Shown here: positions 47,516-57,476 of the stretch, one piece after another
How positions within the stretch are numbered: position 1 is the first letter of the stretch
How the letters are laid out: each line of letters starts with the position of its first letter
The notes under the pieces: generated by a model
The model's database searches: none
The model's input: the letters and a program-made list of their open reading frames with translations, nothing else
What the model was told of the DNA's origin: nothing
Translations under genes and position numbers: made by a program
From: Methylomonas sp.
Lineage (GTDB): Bacteria; Pseudomonadota; Gammaproteobacteria; Methylococcales; Methylomonadaceae
Length of the DNA stretch: 57,476 bases
Reading direction: 5' to 3'
Assembly: GCA_026989395.1 (NCBI GenBank)
Contig: JALSJK010000116.1
Span: 1 to 57,476, forward strand

Positions 47516-47795
47516 GTAAAAATTGTGACCTATGGAGTAGGTTGTGCTAACCGGTTGAGTTGGAGATCAGGTAGATCCCAACTCGCCTACCCTATGTGTC
47601 AGCCTATTAGACGCCAATTATCTTGACCAGTTGAGTGTAGCCATTTCACTTGTACGAATACCGATCGTAGATCGACTGATCCATCATTCACATATTTTTA
47701 TTTTGGGAGCTGAAAGCTATCGATTAAAAGCAAAACTGAGTCACTAATTTTACCACGAAAAAGTGGCTCAATTTTGGTGGCCATTGACAAATGGC

Positions 47796-49196
47796 TTATT
47801 GCAGCCCCACTTTTCCAATTTTTCTTGAATTGGTAGTGGTTGCTAACGCCTCAAGTCCAAAATTTTCAGACAATTCCCGTTCCTGGGGCGTTGTGCTATT
47901 GGCTTCATTTAATAATGCCTGTAGCTTATCTCTTTTATTACTGCTATTGTTTTTTTCTGGTTGCTCTGTTACAAGTTGAGTATTGTGCGGGCCTGAGCGA
48001 AGCACCGGGTCATTTTTTGAATCTACCAGACCGGAAATCACCGAGATCAGATTGTCTTGTAATCTCTCTGGGAAGCCGCTTTGACAAAGCGCCTCAATGG
48101 CGGAATTTATTTGTTGAATTCCTTCGGCAGCAATATCAAATTTTTGTTTCTCCAATTCGTTTAGTTGCTTTGATGCCTTAATTGTTGCTTCGGCTTTGAT
48201 TTGTTCGGCCTCCGCAAGGATCGCTGCGGCTTGCTTTTCTGCTTGAGCGATTTCCAGAATCTGCTTGATTTTCTGTTCGGCCATTTGTTTTTTCTTGGCC
48301 AATTCAAATTCTGTTTCTTGTTCGGCCAGGTCAATTTCCTTGGTTTTCTGGATTTCTGCCCGAAGCTTTAATGTTTCTTGTCTTTGTTTTTCCAGTTCAT
48401 GCTGTTCTGCCAATTTAGCTTTAGACAGCCTATGCTGTTTGCTTAATTGTTCTTTGGCAACATCGGACTCGATTGCAATACGACATAAATTAATCTGTTT
48501 TTCTTGTTCAAGCCGCATGGTTTGTTTTTTTCTTTCAATTTCGAGCAGTAATTTTTCAGACTCGATTTCCTGGCTTTTTAGTTCGACATTTATTTTGGAT
48601 GTTAGCAGGGCTTTTGCTTTTTGTTCTATTGGGTTGGTTTCTTGATAAAACTCAAGCGCTGTTGGGGTGATAGTTTGGAGTGTTACTGATTCGAGCATTA
48701 AGCCGTTCTGTTGTAATTCAGTTTCCAGATGGTTATGAATTTTCTCTGCAAAATTTCTCTGTTGTTCGAGGATTTCCTTCATGGAAAGAGATGCTGCGGT
48801 TTGGCGTAAACTGTTCTCCAGTTTGCCTTTCAGAAATTTTTTTAAAGCCGACTTTTTTGTGGTTAATTTTCCCAGCGTTTGGCCAGCTTTAACAATGTGT
48901 TTTTCATCCGCAGGAACCCGGATGTAAAAATCAACCGAGACATCAAGTTTCAGGTGATCTTTTGTCAATAAAGCAGAATTTTCCCTGGTTTTAATGTTCA
49001 AGCATTGGCTATTCAAATTAATGGGGATAACCTGATGAAGAAGCGGCAGCGCAAAAGCGCTTTTATCAAGGAGGATTTGCTCGCCGCCATAGCCAGAAAG
49101 GATATAGGCAGTTTTTTTACTGCCACGTTTATATCTATTGGAAAACAGGAAGACAGTAGCCAAAAAAGCAGCTAAAAGAAAAGTAGTTAAGCCCAT
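47796..49196 (-). CDS. flotillin-like SPFH/band-7 domain membrane protein (YqiK/FloA-like)
   Basis: N-terminal TM helix, SPFH core, then a long E/K/Q/A-rich coiled coil (EQKIKQILEIAQAEKQAAAILAEAEQIKAEA). Confidence 0.65.
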   Translation of the reverse strand: MGLTTFLLAAFLATVFLFSNRYKRGSKKTAYILSGYGGEQILLDKSAFALPLLHQVIPINLNSQCLNIKTRENSALLTKDHLKLDVSVDFYIRVPADEKHIVKAGQTLGKLTTKKSALKKFLKGKLENSLRQTAASLSMKEILEQQRNFAEKIHNHLETELQQNGLMLESVTLQTITPTALEFYQETNPIEQKAKALLTSKINVELKSQEIESEKLLLEIERKKQTMRLEQEKQINLCRIAIESDVAKEQLSKQHRLSKAKLAEQHELEKQRQETLKLRAEIQKTKEIDLAEQETEFELAKKKQMAEQKIKQILEIAQAEKQAAAILAEAEQIKAEATIKASKQLNELEKQKFDIAAEGIQQINSAIEALCQSGFPERLQDNLISVISGLVDSKNDPVLRSGPHNTQLVTEQPEKNNSSNKRDKLQALLNEANSTTPQERELSENFGLEALATTTNSRKIGKVGLQ

Positions 49197-49489
49197 GTTT
49201 GACCCTCTAAAATCAAAATACTGCGGGGTTTTATTATAATTAGATAAGGAATTAATTACATTAAGTGGTTCGTGTAATTAATTGATAATATAGCTTGAAA
49301 TGATACTGTAAAAAAAGTTGACAGGCAACTGTTTTTTGGAGGAACGGCTGAAGAGTTATTGTGGGGAAAAGGTGTTAAATTTAGGTGTTAAATTTCAAAT
49401 AGATAGTATCATTATTTTTTTATGGACAGATTGGGATTTTAGCAGGGTGCTGTATTATTTTTAGACAATTTTATTAAGGAACAAAGATG

Positions 49490-50347
49490 TCAGTTAATTT
49501 TACCTAATGATTGCCCCAATTTTACGGGGCTGCCAGTATTCAGGTTTTCCGACCAATTTATCTTATCTTTCGCAAATAAAACGATAATGGTTGAGCCCAT
49601 ATTGAAACGGCCCATTTCTTCACCACGTCTCAAAATTGGCGGGTTATTTTCATAAACCCAGGTTTGAATGGTAGAGGATGTAGGTGGCGTCACTACGCCA
49701 TGCCAGACAGTTTCAATACTGGCAACAAAGATAGCGCCGACTAAAACCAGAGCCATTGGCCCAACTTCGGTATCAAACAAAGCAACAACACGTTCATTTC
49801 TGGCAAACAAGCGAGGAACGGAATTGGCCGTAGCATTATTGACGCTAAACAAACGTCCGGGAATATGGATCATTTGTTTTAATGTGCCGTCAAAAGGCAT
49901 GTGCAGGCGATGATAATCTTTTGGAGAAAGATAAATGGTTGCAAAATCGCCATCTTCAAATAATGTCGCTCGCGTAGGGTCGCCGCCCAGTAATTCGTTG
50001 ACCGTATAATATTTACCTTTGGCCTGAAGAATATCAAAGTTATTGATTTTGCCATACTGACTAATTGCGCCATCAGCAGGGCAGGCAATAGCGTCAGGCT
50101 GGCTGACAAATGGCCGAACGCCTGGCTTTAGTTCACGGGTAAAGAAATCATTGAAGCAAGCGTAACTATCCAGATTCGGCTTTCGCGCTTCATCCATGTT
50201 GACGTGATAGTGGCGAATAATTTGCTGGATAAAGAAATTCTTCCAGATTTTGTTTTTAGAATGGGTCAGCATGCCCATTAACCTCGATAGCGGGTGATGA
50301 GGAAGAATGTATTGAGGCAGTGTAGTTAAAGCTTCTTTAAAGGTCAT
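49490..50347 (-). CDS. psd: phosphatidylserine decarboxylase proenzyme
   Basis: 285 aa with the 'GRFNMGSTIIVLF' self-cleavage LGST-type motif. Confidence 0.85.
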   Translation of the reverse strand: MTFKEALTTLPQYILPHHPLSRLMGMLTHSKNKIWKNFFIQQIIRHYHVNMDEARKPNLDSYACFNDFFTRELKPGVRPFVSQPDAIACPADGAISQYGKINNFDILQAKGKYYTVNELLGGDPTRATLFEDGDFATIYLSPKDYHRLHMPFDGTLKQMIHIPGRLFSVNNATANSVPRLFARNERVVALFDTEVGPMALVLVGAIFVASIETVWHGVVTPPTSSTIQTWVYENNPPILRRGEEMGRFNMGSTIIVLFAKDKINWSENLNTGSPVKLGQSLGKIN

Positions 50348-50621
50348 GGTTTTCCGGGGTTTTACCGTTCAAGTAAAAAGCAAAGGCAATGACTTCAGCA
50401 ACAGCAACATAAAGTTCATGGGGGATCTCATCGCCAAGCGGAATCTGCGCGAGTATTTTAGCCAGTTCCGGCTCGGTATGCAGCGGAATATCATGCTCTT
50501 TTGCAATTGCAAGAATTTGTTCAGCTGTTAGGTCATTGCCTTTGGCTGTTACCTTGGGTGCATTTTTGCCGTCATATTTTAAAGCGACAGCAATATCAGT
50601 GGTATTGTAAGTTTTACTCAT
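50337..50621 (-). CDS. FlhB-C-terminal-domain-like protein (EscU/YscU/HrcU family, YlqH-like)
   Basis: 'NAPKVTAKGNDLTAEQILAIAKEHDIPLHTEPELAKIL' matches the FlhB C-terminal domain. Start at the internal Met (MSKTYNTTD), which avoids overlap with queF. Confidence 0.55.
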   Translation of the reverse strand: MSKTYNTTDIAVALKYDGKNAPKVTAKGNDLTAEQILAIAKEHDIPLHTEPELAKILAQIPLGDEIPHELYVAVAEVIAFAFYLNGKTPENHDL

Positions 50622-50632
50622 TCCCTGAAAAT

Positions 50633-51022
50633 TTAGGGTAATGTAACAACGCTGGGAATCTGCCACTCAGGGTGGCGATGTTCAGCAATTACTGTCGTGT
50701 AAATTCCACCTCGAACATTAAATTCTGCGCGGATTCTGATGAAATTGGGATTGATAGCCTTAACAAGATCATCAAGAATTTCGTTAGTCACAGCTTCATG
50801 AAATGCGCCTTGTTCGCGAAAAGTCCACATATAAAGTTTCAGTGCTTTTAATTCAACGCACAGATCCAATGGCACATATTCAATTGTAATAGTGGCAAAG
50901 TCAGGCTGACCAGTCATTGGGCATAAACAGGTAAACTCGGGAACATCAATCCGGATCGTGAAATCACGGCCCGGCTTGGGGTTGGGAAAAGTATCTAGAT
51001 CTTTACTGGGTCTTGTGGTCAT
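50633..51022 (-). CDS. queF: NADPH-dependent 7-cyano-7-deazaguanine reductase (type I QueF)
   Basis: 'MTTRPSK...[22 protein letters not shown]' contains the catalytic Cys and the QueF motif '[13 protein letters not shown]'. Start at the internal Met. Confidence 0.8.
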   Translation of the reverse strand: MTTRPSKDLDTFPNPKPGRDFTIRIDVPEFTCLCPMTGQPDFATITIEYVPLDLCVELKALKLYMWTFREQGAFHEAVTNEILDDLVKAINPNFIRIRAEFNVRGGIYTTVIAEHRHPEWQIPSVVTLP

Positions 51023-51113
51023 ATGGTAGATTTCAGATTTTGTGCTTAAAACACAATGGATCAATATTAAGTATAATAGTTCGTTTTTTCAAAAAGCAGG
51101 CATTTTACCAGTA

Positions 51114-54100
51114 ATGAAGCTGGAAAAAATTAAACTTTCAGGCTTTAAATCCTTTGTTGATCCAACCATTATCCCGATCAGCGGCAATTTGATCGCGATT
51201 GTCGGGCCTAATGGTTGCGGTAAATCGAATATTATTGATGCGGTTCGCTGGGTCATGGGCGAGAGTTCGGCGAAGCATTTACGTGGCGGTAATATGGCCG
51301 ATGTTATTTTTAACGGTTCTTCAACCAGAAAACCGGTCGGTCAGGCTTCTGTGGAATTGATTTTTGATAATAGCGAAGGCCGGGCCGGTGGTGAATTTGC
51401 CAAATACAATACTATTTCCATAAAACGACAGGTTAGTCGGGATGGACAGTCTCTTTATATATTAAATGGTTCCAGATGCCGCCGTAAAGATATAACTGAT
51501 TTGTTCCTAGGTACAGGTTTAGGTGCTAGAAGTTATGCCATTATTGAGCAGGGAACCATATCCCGTATGGTAGAAGCGAAGCCTGAAGATTTGCGTATGC
51601 ATATTGAAGAGGCGGCTGGAATTTCAAAATACAAGGAGCGTCGACATGAAACTGAAACCCGCATGCGCCATACCCGGGAAAATCTGGAACGCCTTGAAGA
51701 TTTGCGTGATGAAGTCGAAAAACAACTGAATCATCTCCAAAAACAGGCGCAAAAAGCAGAAAAATATACCGCATTAAAAGCCGAAGAACGGCAATACAAG
51801 CTGGAATTATTGGCAATGCGTTGGCAAGCGCATCATCAGTCTGCCCAGGAAATGGAATTGCAATTACAAAGTGTGGCGGAAAAGCATAACCAACTATTTT
51901 CCGAGCAGCGGGAACTGGATCAGCAAATTACTCAAAAACGCGATGATTATAAAGCTCAGCAGGAACAATTGAATGCCATTCAGGGCGAGTATTACCATGC
52001 TGTTTCAGAGGTTAGTCGTTTGGAACAGGCGATCAAACATAGCCGCCAAACCCAGGAAGAAACCAATCTGGAGTTGGAACGGCTTAGGCAGCAGTCGCAG
52101 CAGTCGCTGGTTGATCTGGAAGATGACAAATTACAATTAGAGACCATCATTCAGGAGTTAGTGGAAGCCAATGAAGCGTTAACTGAGGCGAAAACAACAG
52201 AAACAGAAGCTTTTGATGCGCAGCAAGACGCCCAGCAAGAGCAGCAAATCTGGCAGTCAGACTGGGAGATTTTTCGCACCCAAAGTGCGACATTTCAGGA
52301 GCAGTTGGAAGTACAGCGAACCAAAATCAGTCATTTGCAAAATCATAATCAGCAACTGCAAGTCCGGTTTGATCGCTTGCAGCAGGAGCGAGAAACCTTG
52401 TCCGATAATGATTTGCAGGAAAATATTGCTGCTTTGGAAGAATCGATTGAAAGCATAAGCGCCAGCAGGGATGAAATGCATCAGCAATTGCAGGCGCTAC
52501 ATCTGCAAACCCAGGAGTTACGGCAACAGGTTAAAAGTTTCCATGACAAACTCCATACTTCACGCGCCGAATTACACGATATCAATGGCAAGATCAGTTC
52601 TTTGGAATTATTGCAGCAGCACGCCATGGGCAAGGATAATAAAAAGCTGGGGCAATGGCTGGAGCAAGCGCAACTTTCTGACAAACAACGTTTAGCCGAG
52701 TTTATTGAAGTTGAAAATGGTTGGGAAGCGGCAGTGGAGACAGTGTTGGGGAGTTATCTGGAGGCAATTTGTATTGACGATCTTGGGCAGGTGATGTTGC
52801 AATTGTCGGCTCTAGAGGATGAATCAGTTTCAATTTTTCAAATTCAGGGGGAAACAATAAATTCTGAAGAAGGCTTTTTGCCTCGTCTGATTGATAAGCT
52901 TAAGACTCCTTGGTCTGTTGATACGCTGTTGAACGGTGTTTTTTGTGCTGAAGATGCAGAAACTGCAAAGCAACATTTGTCCAGTTTAAAACCCTATCAG
53001 TCGATTATTACCCCTGAATGCGTATGGTTGGGTTCTGACTGGATTAAAGTGGTTAGAACGAATGACGGTAAAAGTGGGGTTTTACAGCGGCAAAAAGAAT
53101 TGCGTTTGCTTCAGGGGCGACAGAATTTATTACAGGATCAAATCGCTGATTTGGAGCAACAGCTTAAAGATACTGAAGATAATCTGCGGCAGGTCGAGCA
53201 ACAAAGAGAAGAATTACAGCAACAAGAAAAAATGCTGGGTGGTGAGCTTTCCAATAAAAAATCTGAATTAAGCGCCCAATCAGCACGTCTGGAGCAGCAA
53301 CAACAGCGCTTGCAGCAGGTTTGCGATGAAATGGATGATATTAGCCAGGAAATTTCTGAGAATACTGAAGTGATGGTTGAAGCAGAAACATTAAAAGACC
53401 AGGCAGAAAAGGAAATTCAACAACTTAATCTACAAAAACAGCAGCTTGAAAATAGCCGCCTAAGTGTCCAGGAAAAAAACCAACAAGTGGAGGCCAGGTT
53501 GACAGAAACCCGGCAACAAGTTCATCAATATCAGGCGCAGATTGCCTCGCTACAGACTTCTGAAGCGGCTTTAAAAACCCAAATTGAGAGATTGCAGGCC
53601 CAGCATCAAAATTTTGTTGATCGAATTGCCGATTTGGAAAATAAATTGCAACAGACTTTGACGCCGCTTGATGATGAGCAATTAGAGCTGGAAACCTTGC
53701 AGACGACCAAGACTGACCTTGATGAGACCTTGAAAAAATCTCGGAGTCAACTGGAGGCAGTCGAGGCTGAAATCTCGATATTATCTGAGCGGCATCTTCA
53801 AGTTCAACGAAACCTTGAAAAGCAAAAAGAAAAACTGGATAAATTACGTTTTGAACAACAGGAAAGTATTGTTCGCCAGCAAACTGTTACGGAACAGCTA
53901 AAAGAAATTGATGCTGATGCCGAGCAGGTGTTGACAGAGCTGCCGGAGCACGCCAATCAACAGGAATGGAAGGCTAAGGTAGAACAGCTAACGTCCCAAA
54001 TCGAACGTTTGGGCGCCATTAATCTGAGTGCTATAGAAGAATATCAATCACAATTTGAACGCATGAATTTTTTGAACGAGCAACATGCGGATTTGGTAGA

Positions 54101-54623
54101 CGCACTGAATACGCTTGAGCAGGCAATCAGCAAAATAGATAAGGAAAGTCGGCAACGGTTCAAGGAAACCTTTGATAAAATCAATGGCGGCTTGCAAGAC
54201 AAGTTTCCCAAGTTGTTTGGAGGTGGGCAAGCCTATCTGGAACTGACAGAGCAGGATTTATTGGAGGCAGGAGTCAATATTGTTGCGCGGCCGCCAGGTA
54301 AGCGGAATAGCTCAATTCATCTACTGTCCGGCGGAGAGAAAGCCTTGACGGCCGTGGCGTTGGTTTTTTCTATTTTTGACCTGAATCCGGCGCCATTTTG
54401 TTTACTTGATGAGGTGGATGCGCCTCTTGATGACGCCAATGTGGTTCGGTTTTCCAAAATGGTTGAAGAAATGGCTGAATCGGTACAATTTTTGTTCATT
54501 TCACATAATAAAGTGACAATGGAAATTGCAAAACAACTCGCTGGTGTTACCATGAAAGAACCAGGAGTTTCTCGCATGGTTGCGGTTGATATTGAAGACG
54601 CGGTAGAGATGGCGGAAAGTTAA
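51114..54623 (+). CDS. smc: chromosome partition protein Smc
   Basis: 'MKLEKIKLSGFKSF...GPNGCGKSNIIDA' Walker A, a long coiled coil, a hinge, and C-terminal 'LSGGEKALTAVALVFSIF' signature/Walker B. Start at the internal Met. Confidence 0.9.
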   Translation: MKLEKIKLSGFKSFVDPTIIPISGNLIAIVGPNGCGKSNIIDAVRWVMGESSAKHLRGGNMADVIFNGSSTRKPVGQASVELIFDNSEGRAGGEFAKYNTISIKRQVSRDGQSLYILNGSRCRRKDITDLFLGTGLGARSYAIIEQGTISRMVEAKPEDLRMHIEEAAGISKYKERRHETETRMRHTRENLERLEDLRDEVEKQLNHLQKQAQKAEKYTALKAEERQYKLELLAMRWQAHHQSAQEMELQLQSVAEKHNQLFSEQRELDQQITQKRDDYKAQQEQLNAIQGEYYHAVSEVSRLEQAIKHSRQTQEETNLELERLRQQSQQSLVDLEDDKLQLETIIQELVEANEALTEAKTTETEAFDAQQDAQQEQQIWQSDWEIFRTQSATFQEQLEVQRTKISHLQNHNQQLQVRFDRLQQERETLSDNDLQENIAALEESIESISASRDEMHQQLQALHLQTQELRQQVKSFHDKLHTSRAELHDINGKISSLELLQQHAMGKDNKKLGQWLEQAQLSDKQRLAEFIEVENGWEAAVETVLGSYLEAICIDDLGQVMLQLSALEDESVSIFQIQGETINSEEGFLPRLIDKLKTPWSVDTLLNGVFCAEDAETAKQHLSSLKPYQSIITPECVWLGSDWIKVVRTNDGKSGVLQRQKELRLLQGRQNLLQDQIADLEQQLKDTEDNLRQVEQQREELQQQEKMLGGELSNKKSELSAQSARLEQQQQRLQQVCDEMDDISQEISENTEVMVEAETLKDQAEKEIQQLNLQKQQLENSRLSVQEKNQQVEARLTETRQQVHQYQAQIASLQTSEAALKTQIERLQAQHQNFVDRIADLENKLQQTLTPLDDEQLELETLQTTKTDLDETLKKSRSQLEAVEAEISILSERHLQVQRNLEKQKEKLDKLRFEQQESIVRQQTVTEQLKEIDADAEQVLTELPEHANQQEWKAKVEQLTSQIERLGAINLSAIEEYQSQFERMNFLNEQHADLVDALNTLEQAISKIDKESRQRFKETFDKINGGLQDKFPKLFGGGQAYLELTEQDLLEAGVNIVARPPGKRNSSIHLLSGGEKALTAVALVFSIFDLNPAPFCLLDEVDAPLDDANVVRFSKMVEEMAESVQFLFISHNKVTMEIAKQLAGVTMKEPGVSRMVAVDIEDAVEMAES

Positions 54624-55363
54624 TGGATAAAGATATATTAAGAATAGTAATAATAGCTATCGGGGTATTGGTGATTGCCGGAATGTTGGCTTGGCATTTT
54701 TTTAAAAGCAGACGAGGGCGTGGAATCGGTTTTTTTGATGATGGCGATCCATTGGAAAAGATTGATGAATCCTTAGTAATCGATACTAAAGATGATGATT
54801 TTGACATAATTCCATTGGGGAGTGTCAACTCGGAGGATAGTCTGGATGGCTCACAGTTAAATGATTCGTTTAATTCTGTTGAAAAGGTCGCAGATGCTTA
54901 TCAACCCGAATTAAAACATCATGCGGCAGAAGTTGAGCCCGAGCCTTTAAAAGAGGTTCCCGATATTATGCAGTTTGGAATTGTGGCGGTTGAGGGAAAA
55001 AGTTTTAATGGCAAGCAATTACTCCAGGCATTTGAAAAAGTGGGCTTGAAATTTGGTTCCAACCAGATTTTCGAGCGTCTGGACGAATATGACCAGGTTG
55101 ATTTTGCTGTCGCCAGTATTGTTGAGCCAGGCATTTTCCCGAAACAAGATTTTGATTCATTCACTTGCCCTGGAATCACCTTCTTTTTTCAGCCGAAGTT
55201 GGTTAATGATGCATTGGTAGTTTTTGATGATCTTATTGAAACCATTCATATCATTTCCAGTGAGCTGGGAGGTATTAGATGGGATGGGAGACGCCAGATT
55301 CTGACATCGGATACTGAGAAGCAACTGCGGGATTTGCTGGTTCAGAAAAATTTAAAATTATAA
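54623..55363 (+). CDS. zipA: cell division protein ZipA
   Basis: N-terminal TM helix, charged/acidic linker, C-terminal FtsZ-binding domain. smc-zipA-ligA synteny; TAATG overlap with the smc stop. Confidence 0.7.
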   Translation: MDKDILRIVIIAIGVLVIAGMLAWHFFKSRRGRGIGFFDDGDPLEKIDESLVIDTKDDDFDIIPLGSVNSEDSLDGSQLNDSFNSVEKVADAYQPELKHHAAEVEPEPLKEVPDIMQFGIVAVEGKSFNGKQLLQAFEKVGLKFGSNQIFERLDEYDQVDFAVASIVEPGIFPKQDFDSFTCPGITFFFQPKLVNDALVVFDDLIETIHIISSELGGIRWDGRRQILTSDTEKQLRDLLVQKNLKL

Positions 55364-55378
55364 TATCTAACGGCCTGT

Positions 55379-57340
55379 TTGTTATCTGTGTTTACCCCTA
55401 GTCAGCTTGAAATAATAAAACAGGCCAACCTTGATCGATATCTGGAAGACCAAGAGTCATTTCAAAAAGCGGTCCAGAGCAACAATGCGGATTTTTTATC
55501 TGACCAGTCTCTGCTTGGTTTTTTGCAAATAACCAATGCGCTTTATCGTGCGGGCGAACCCGTTATTTCTGATGATCTTTACGATCATGTTTTCCTGGAA
55601 GAGCTAAAAAAACGACATCCAAATCATCCCTATCTACATACTGTAGAACCTGAGCCGGTTTTTGCAGGTAAAACCGTAAGATTGCCGGTGCAAATGTTGT
55701 CTACCGAAAAAGCGTATGATTTGGAAAGTATTAAAAAATGGCTGGAAAAAATTGAAAAAGCAGCCATTGAAATAGGTTTGGAGCCAGATAAACTGGTTTA
55801 TCGAATAACCCCAAAACTGGATGGCTATGCCGCTTACGATGATGGCGAACATTTATATACACGGGGGGATGGACGTAAGGGAACTGATATTACCCGGGTA
55901 TTTGATCGTGGTCTGGTTGTCGCAGGAAATGGACGGCGAGGGCAGGGGGCTGGGGAAATTGTCGTCAGCAAAACCTATTTCAAGGAAAATCTGGCTCAAT
56001 ATTTTGACAATGCCAGAAATTTTCAGGCCAGTATTATCAAGGAAAAGGACTTAAATGAACATGCTTTAGCTGCAATTAAGTCAAAGGCTGCAGTTTTTTA
56101 TCCATTTTCCCAATTGCCGGCGTGGACTGGCTCGGCATCTGAAATGATATCTAATTTTGATGAAATAGTGGCTAAAGTTAGCGCTATGGTGGATTATGAT
56201 GTCGATGGCGTAGTCATCGAAGTAACCGATGATGTTTTGAGGCAGCATTTGGGCGCTACAAGACATCATCACCGTTGGCAGATTGCCTTTAAAAGTAACC
56301 TGGAAAGTGCCGAAGTCAAGGTCTTAAAAGTGACCCCGCAAACGTCCCGTTCCGGCAGGGTCAATCCGGTTGCAGAACTGGAACCGACGCGTTTAAGCGG
56401 CGCGTTGATAAGCAGAGCAACAGCGCATCATTACGGCATGGTAAAGGAACTCGGTATTGGCCCGGGAACCATTATTGAGTTGACACGCAGCGGTATGGTG
56501 ATTCCCAAAATTGAACGGGTGATAGTGCCGCGCAAACCGCAAATTCCAGATAGTTGTCCCAGTTGCGGCCATGAATTAATTTGGGAAGGCGATTATTTAT
56601 ATTGTCCCAATTCAGTTTATTGTCCGGCTCAGATTGAACATACCATGGAACATTTCTTCAAAACCTTGGGGAATGTAGATGGGTTTGGCCGGAAAACCAT
56701 CGAAAAAATACATGCTGCGGGGGTTCGTTCAGTTTACGAAATTTACCAGTTGACCCAGGAACAACTTGAAGCTATGGGGTTTGGCGAGAAAACTTCCAGG
56801 AATCTTATTAATGAATTGATACGAAGCCGAACTGAGCCAATAGAAGATTGGCGTTTTTTAGGTGCTTTCGGTATTTATCGGATGGGCCTCGGAAATTGTG
56901 AAAGATTGCTACAACATCATCATTTGCTCGATATATTCTCTTTAACGATTGATGAGATTATCGAGATAGAAGGGTTTGCAGAAAAAACTGCACAAGTCAT
57001 TGTCGAGTGCCTGGAAAATATCAAGGAAGATTTCTTTAAAATCTATAATCTGGGGTTTAACCTGATAGCAACGCCATTGTTGTCTGAACAACCTGAAAAT
57101 CAAGCCAGCCCGATTTGGGGCAAGGTCATTGTGTTTACGGGAACCATGAGGCATGGTACCCGTGAAGAAATGAAAAAGCAGGCTAAAAAGATGGGTGCAA
57201 AAGTCGCATCATCAGTCACCGGTAAAACAGATTATTTGGTTGCCGGTGAAAAAGTAGGTGAGGCAAAAATTCGCGCTGCGCAAGAAAAAGGAGTTACGGT
57301 ACTGACTGAAGATCAGTATATAAAAATGATTGCAGGTTAA
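55379..57340 (+). CDS. ligA: NAD-dependent DNA ligase (LigA-like, divergent N-terminus)
   Basis: Adenylation motif 'TPKLDGYA' (KxDG), Zn finger 'CPSCGHELIWEGDYLYCPNSVYCP', HhH region, and C-terminal BRCT 'VIVFTGTMRHGTREEMKKQAKKMGAKVASSVTGKTDYLVAG'. Confidence 0.65.
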   Translation: MLSVFTPSQLEIIKQANLDRYLEDQESFQKAVQSNNADFLSDQSLLGFLQITNALYRAGEPVISDDLYDHVFLEELKKRHPNHPYLHTVEPEPVFAGKTVRLPVQMLSTEKAYDLESIKKWLEKIEKAAIEIGLEPDKLVYRITPKLDGYAAYDDGEHLYTRGDGRKGTDITRVFDRGLVVAGNGRRGQGAGEIVVSKTYFKENLAQYFDNARNFQASIIKEKDLNEHALAAIKSKAAVFYPFSQLPAWTGSASEMISNFDEIVAKVSAMVDYDVDGVVIEVTDDVLRQHLGATRHHHRWQIAFKSNLESAEVKVLKVTPQTSRSGRVNPVAELEPTRLSGALISRATAHHYGMVKELGIGPGTIIELTRSGMVIPKIERVIVPRKPQIPDSCPSCGHELIWEGDYLYCPNSVYCPAQIEHTMEHFFKTLGNVDGFGRKTIEKIHAAGVRSVYEIYQLTQEQLEAMGFGEKTSRNLINELIRSRTEPIEDWRFLGAFGIYRMGLGNCERLLQHHHLLDIFSLTIDEIIEIEGFAEKTAQVIVECLENIKEDFFKIYNLGFNLIATPLLSEQPENQASPIWGKVIVFTGTMRHGTREEMKKQAKKMGAKVASSVTGKTDYLVAGEKVGEAKIRAAQEKGVTVLTEDQYIKMIAG

Positions 57341-57476
57341 TAATCTTCGCTTAGAGCCTGTTCAAGATCTATTCAGTAAAATTCTAATAAATGCGAGTAC
57401 GACCATGTGTAAACTTGAATTCAAGAGCCTTTCACAGTTCTTCCAGAGTCGACGGCATTTCTCTATCCATGCAAAA

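Noticed and set aside
49371-49397. Tandem 13-bp repeat 'AGGTGTTAAATTT' x2 upstream of the flotillin gene
   Set aside because: It has only two units in an AT-rich promoter region. It is too short to call a repeat array or CRISPR.
51042-51113. Upstream extensions of smc (51042), queF (51064), mxaL (41605), mxaC (40096) and the FlhB-like gene (50666)
   Set aside because: The extensions overlap neighbouring genes. Conserved N-termini (MKLEKIKLSGF; MTTRPSK; MNVSF; MNLAV; MSKTYNTTD) begin at internal Met codons.
1-57476. CRISPR arrays, IS elements/transposases, integrases, prophage genes, rRNA
   Set aside because: I scanned for regularly spaced direct repeats, DDE/tyrosine-recombinase-like ORFs and rRNA. 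None were found. The only repeat families are the short REP-like units and the nested palindrome reported above.

Overview
This window reads as chromosomal DNA from a gammaproteobacterial methylotroph or methanotroph (Methylococcaceae-like); that taxonomic call is an inference from gene content and order. The left third is housekeeping: an EVE-domain gene, a predicted 6S RNA, zapA, a small coiled-coil gene, then the conserved ygfB-pepP-ubiH-ubiI block, pilS/pilR, sucCD and nadE. The middle carries a large PAS-PAS-GAF-GGDEF-EAL signalling protein, a SixA-like phosphatase, and an AT-rich pocket of poorly characterised membrane genes. These include an HTTM–DCC oxidoreductase fusion and two micro-genes missing from the ORF track (a 39-aa lipoprotein and a 42-aa single-TM protein). 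Then come metH, yqhA, a glutaredoxin-like gene and a run of genes associated with tetrahydromethanopterin (H4MPT)-linked C1 metabolism. The centrepiece is a complete Ca-dependent methanol dehydrogenase cluster. mxaD, a YVTN beta-propeller gene and the response regulator mxaB sit upstream of mxaFJGI-R-(extra membrane ORF)-S-A-C-K-L. The cluster includes intercistronic hairpins and a ~30-bp REP-like repeat family around the mxaF promoter. Immediately downstream of mxaL is a tightly coupled five-gene module with no described link to methanol oxidation: an ECF sigma factor, a zinc-finger anti-sigma, an S8 subtilisin lipoprotein, an outer-membrane beta-barrel and a secreted protein. The window ends with a flotillin-like gene, psd, an FlhB-C-terminal-like gene, queF, and smc-zipA-ligA. 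No CRISPR arrays, transposases or rRNA genes were seen; no tRNA gene was recognised by eye, and no tRNA search could be run. All functional calls are motif and context based, with no database search.
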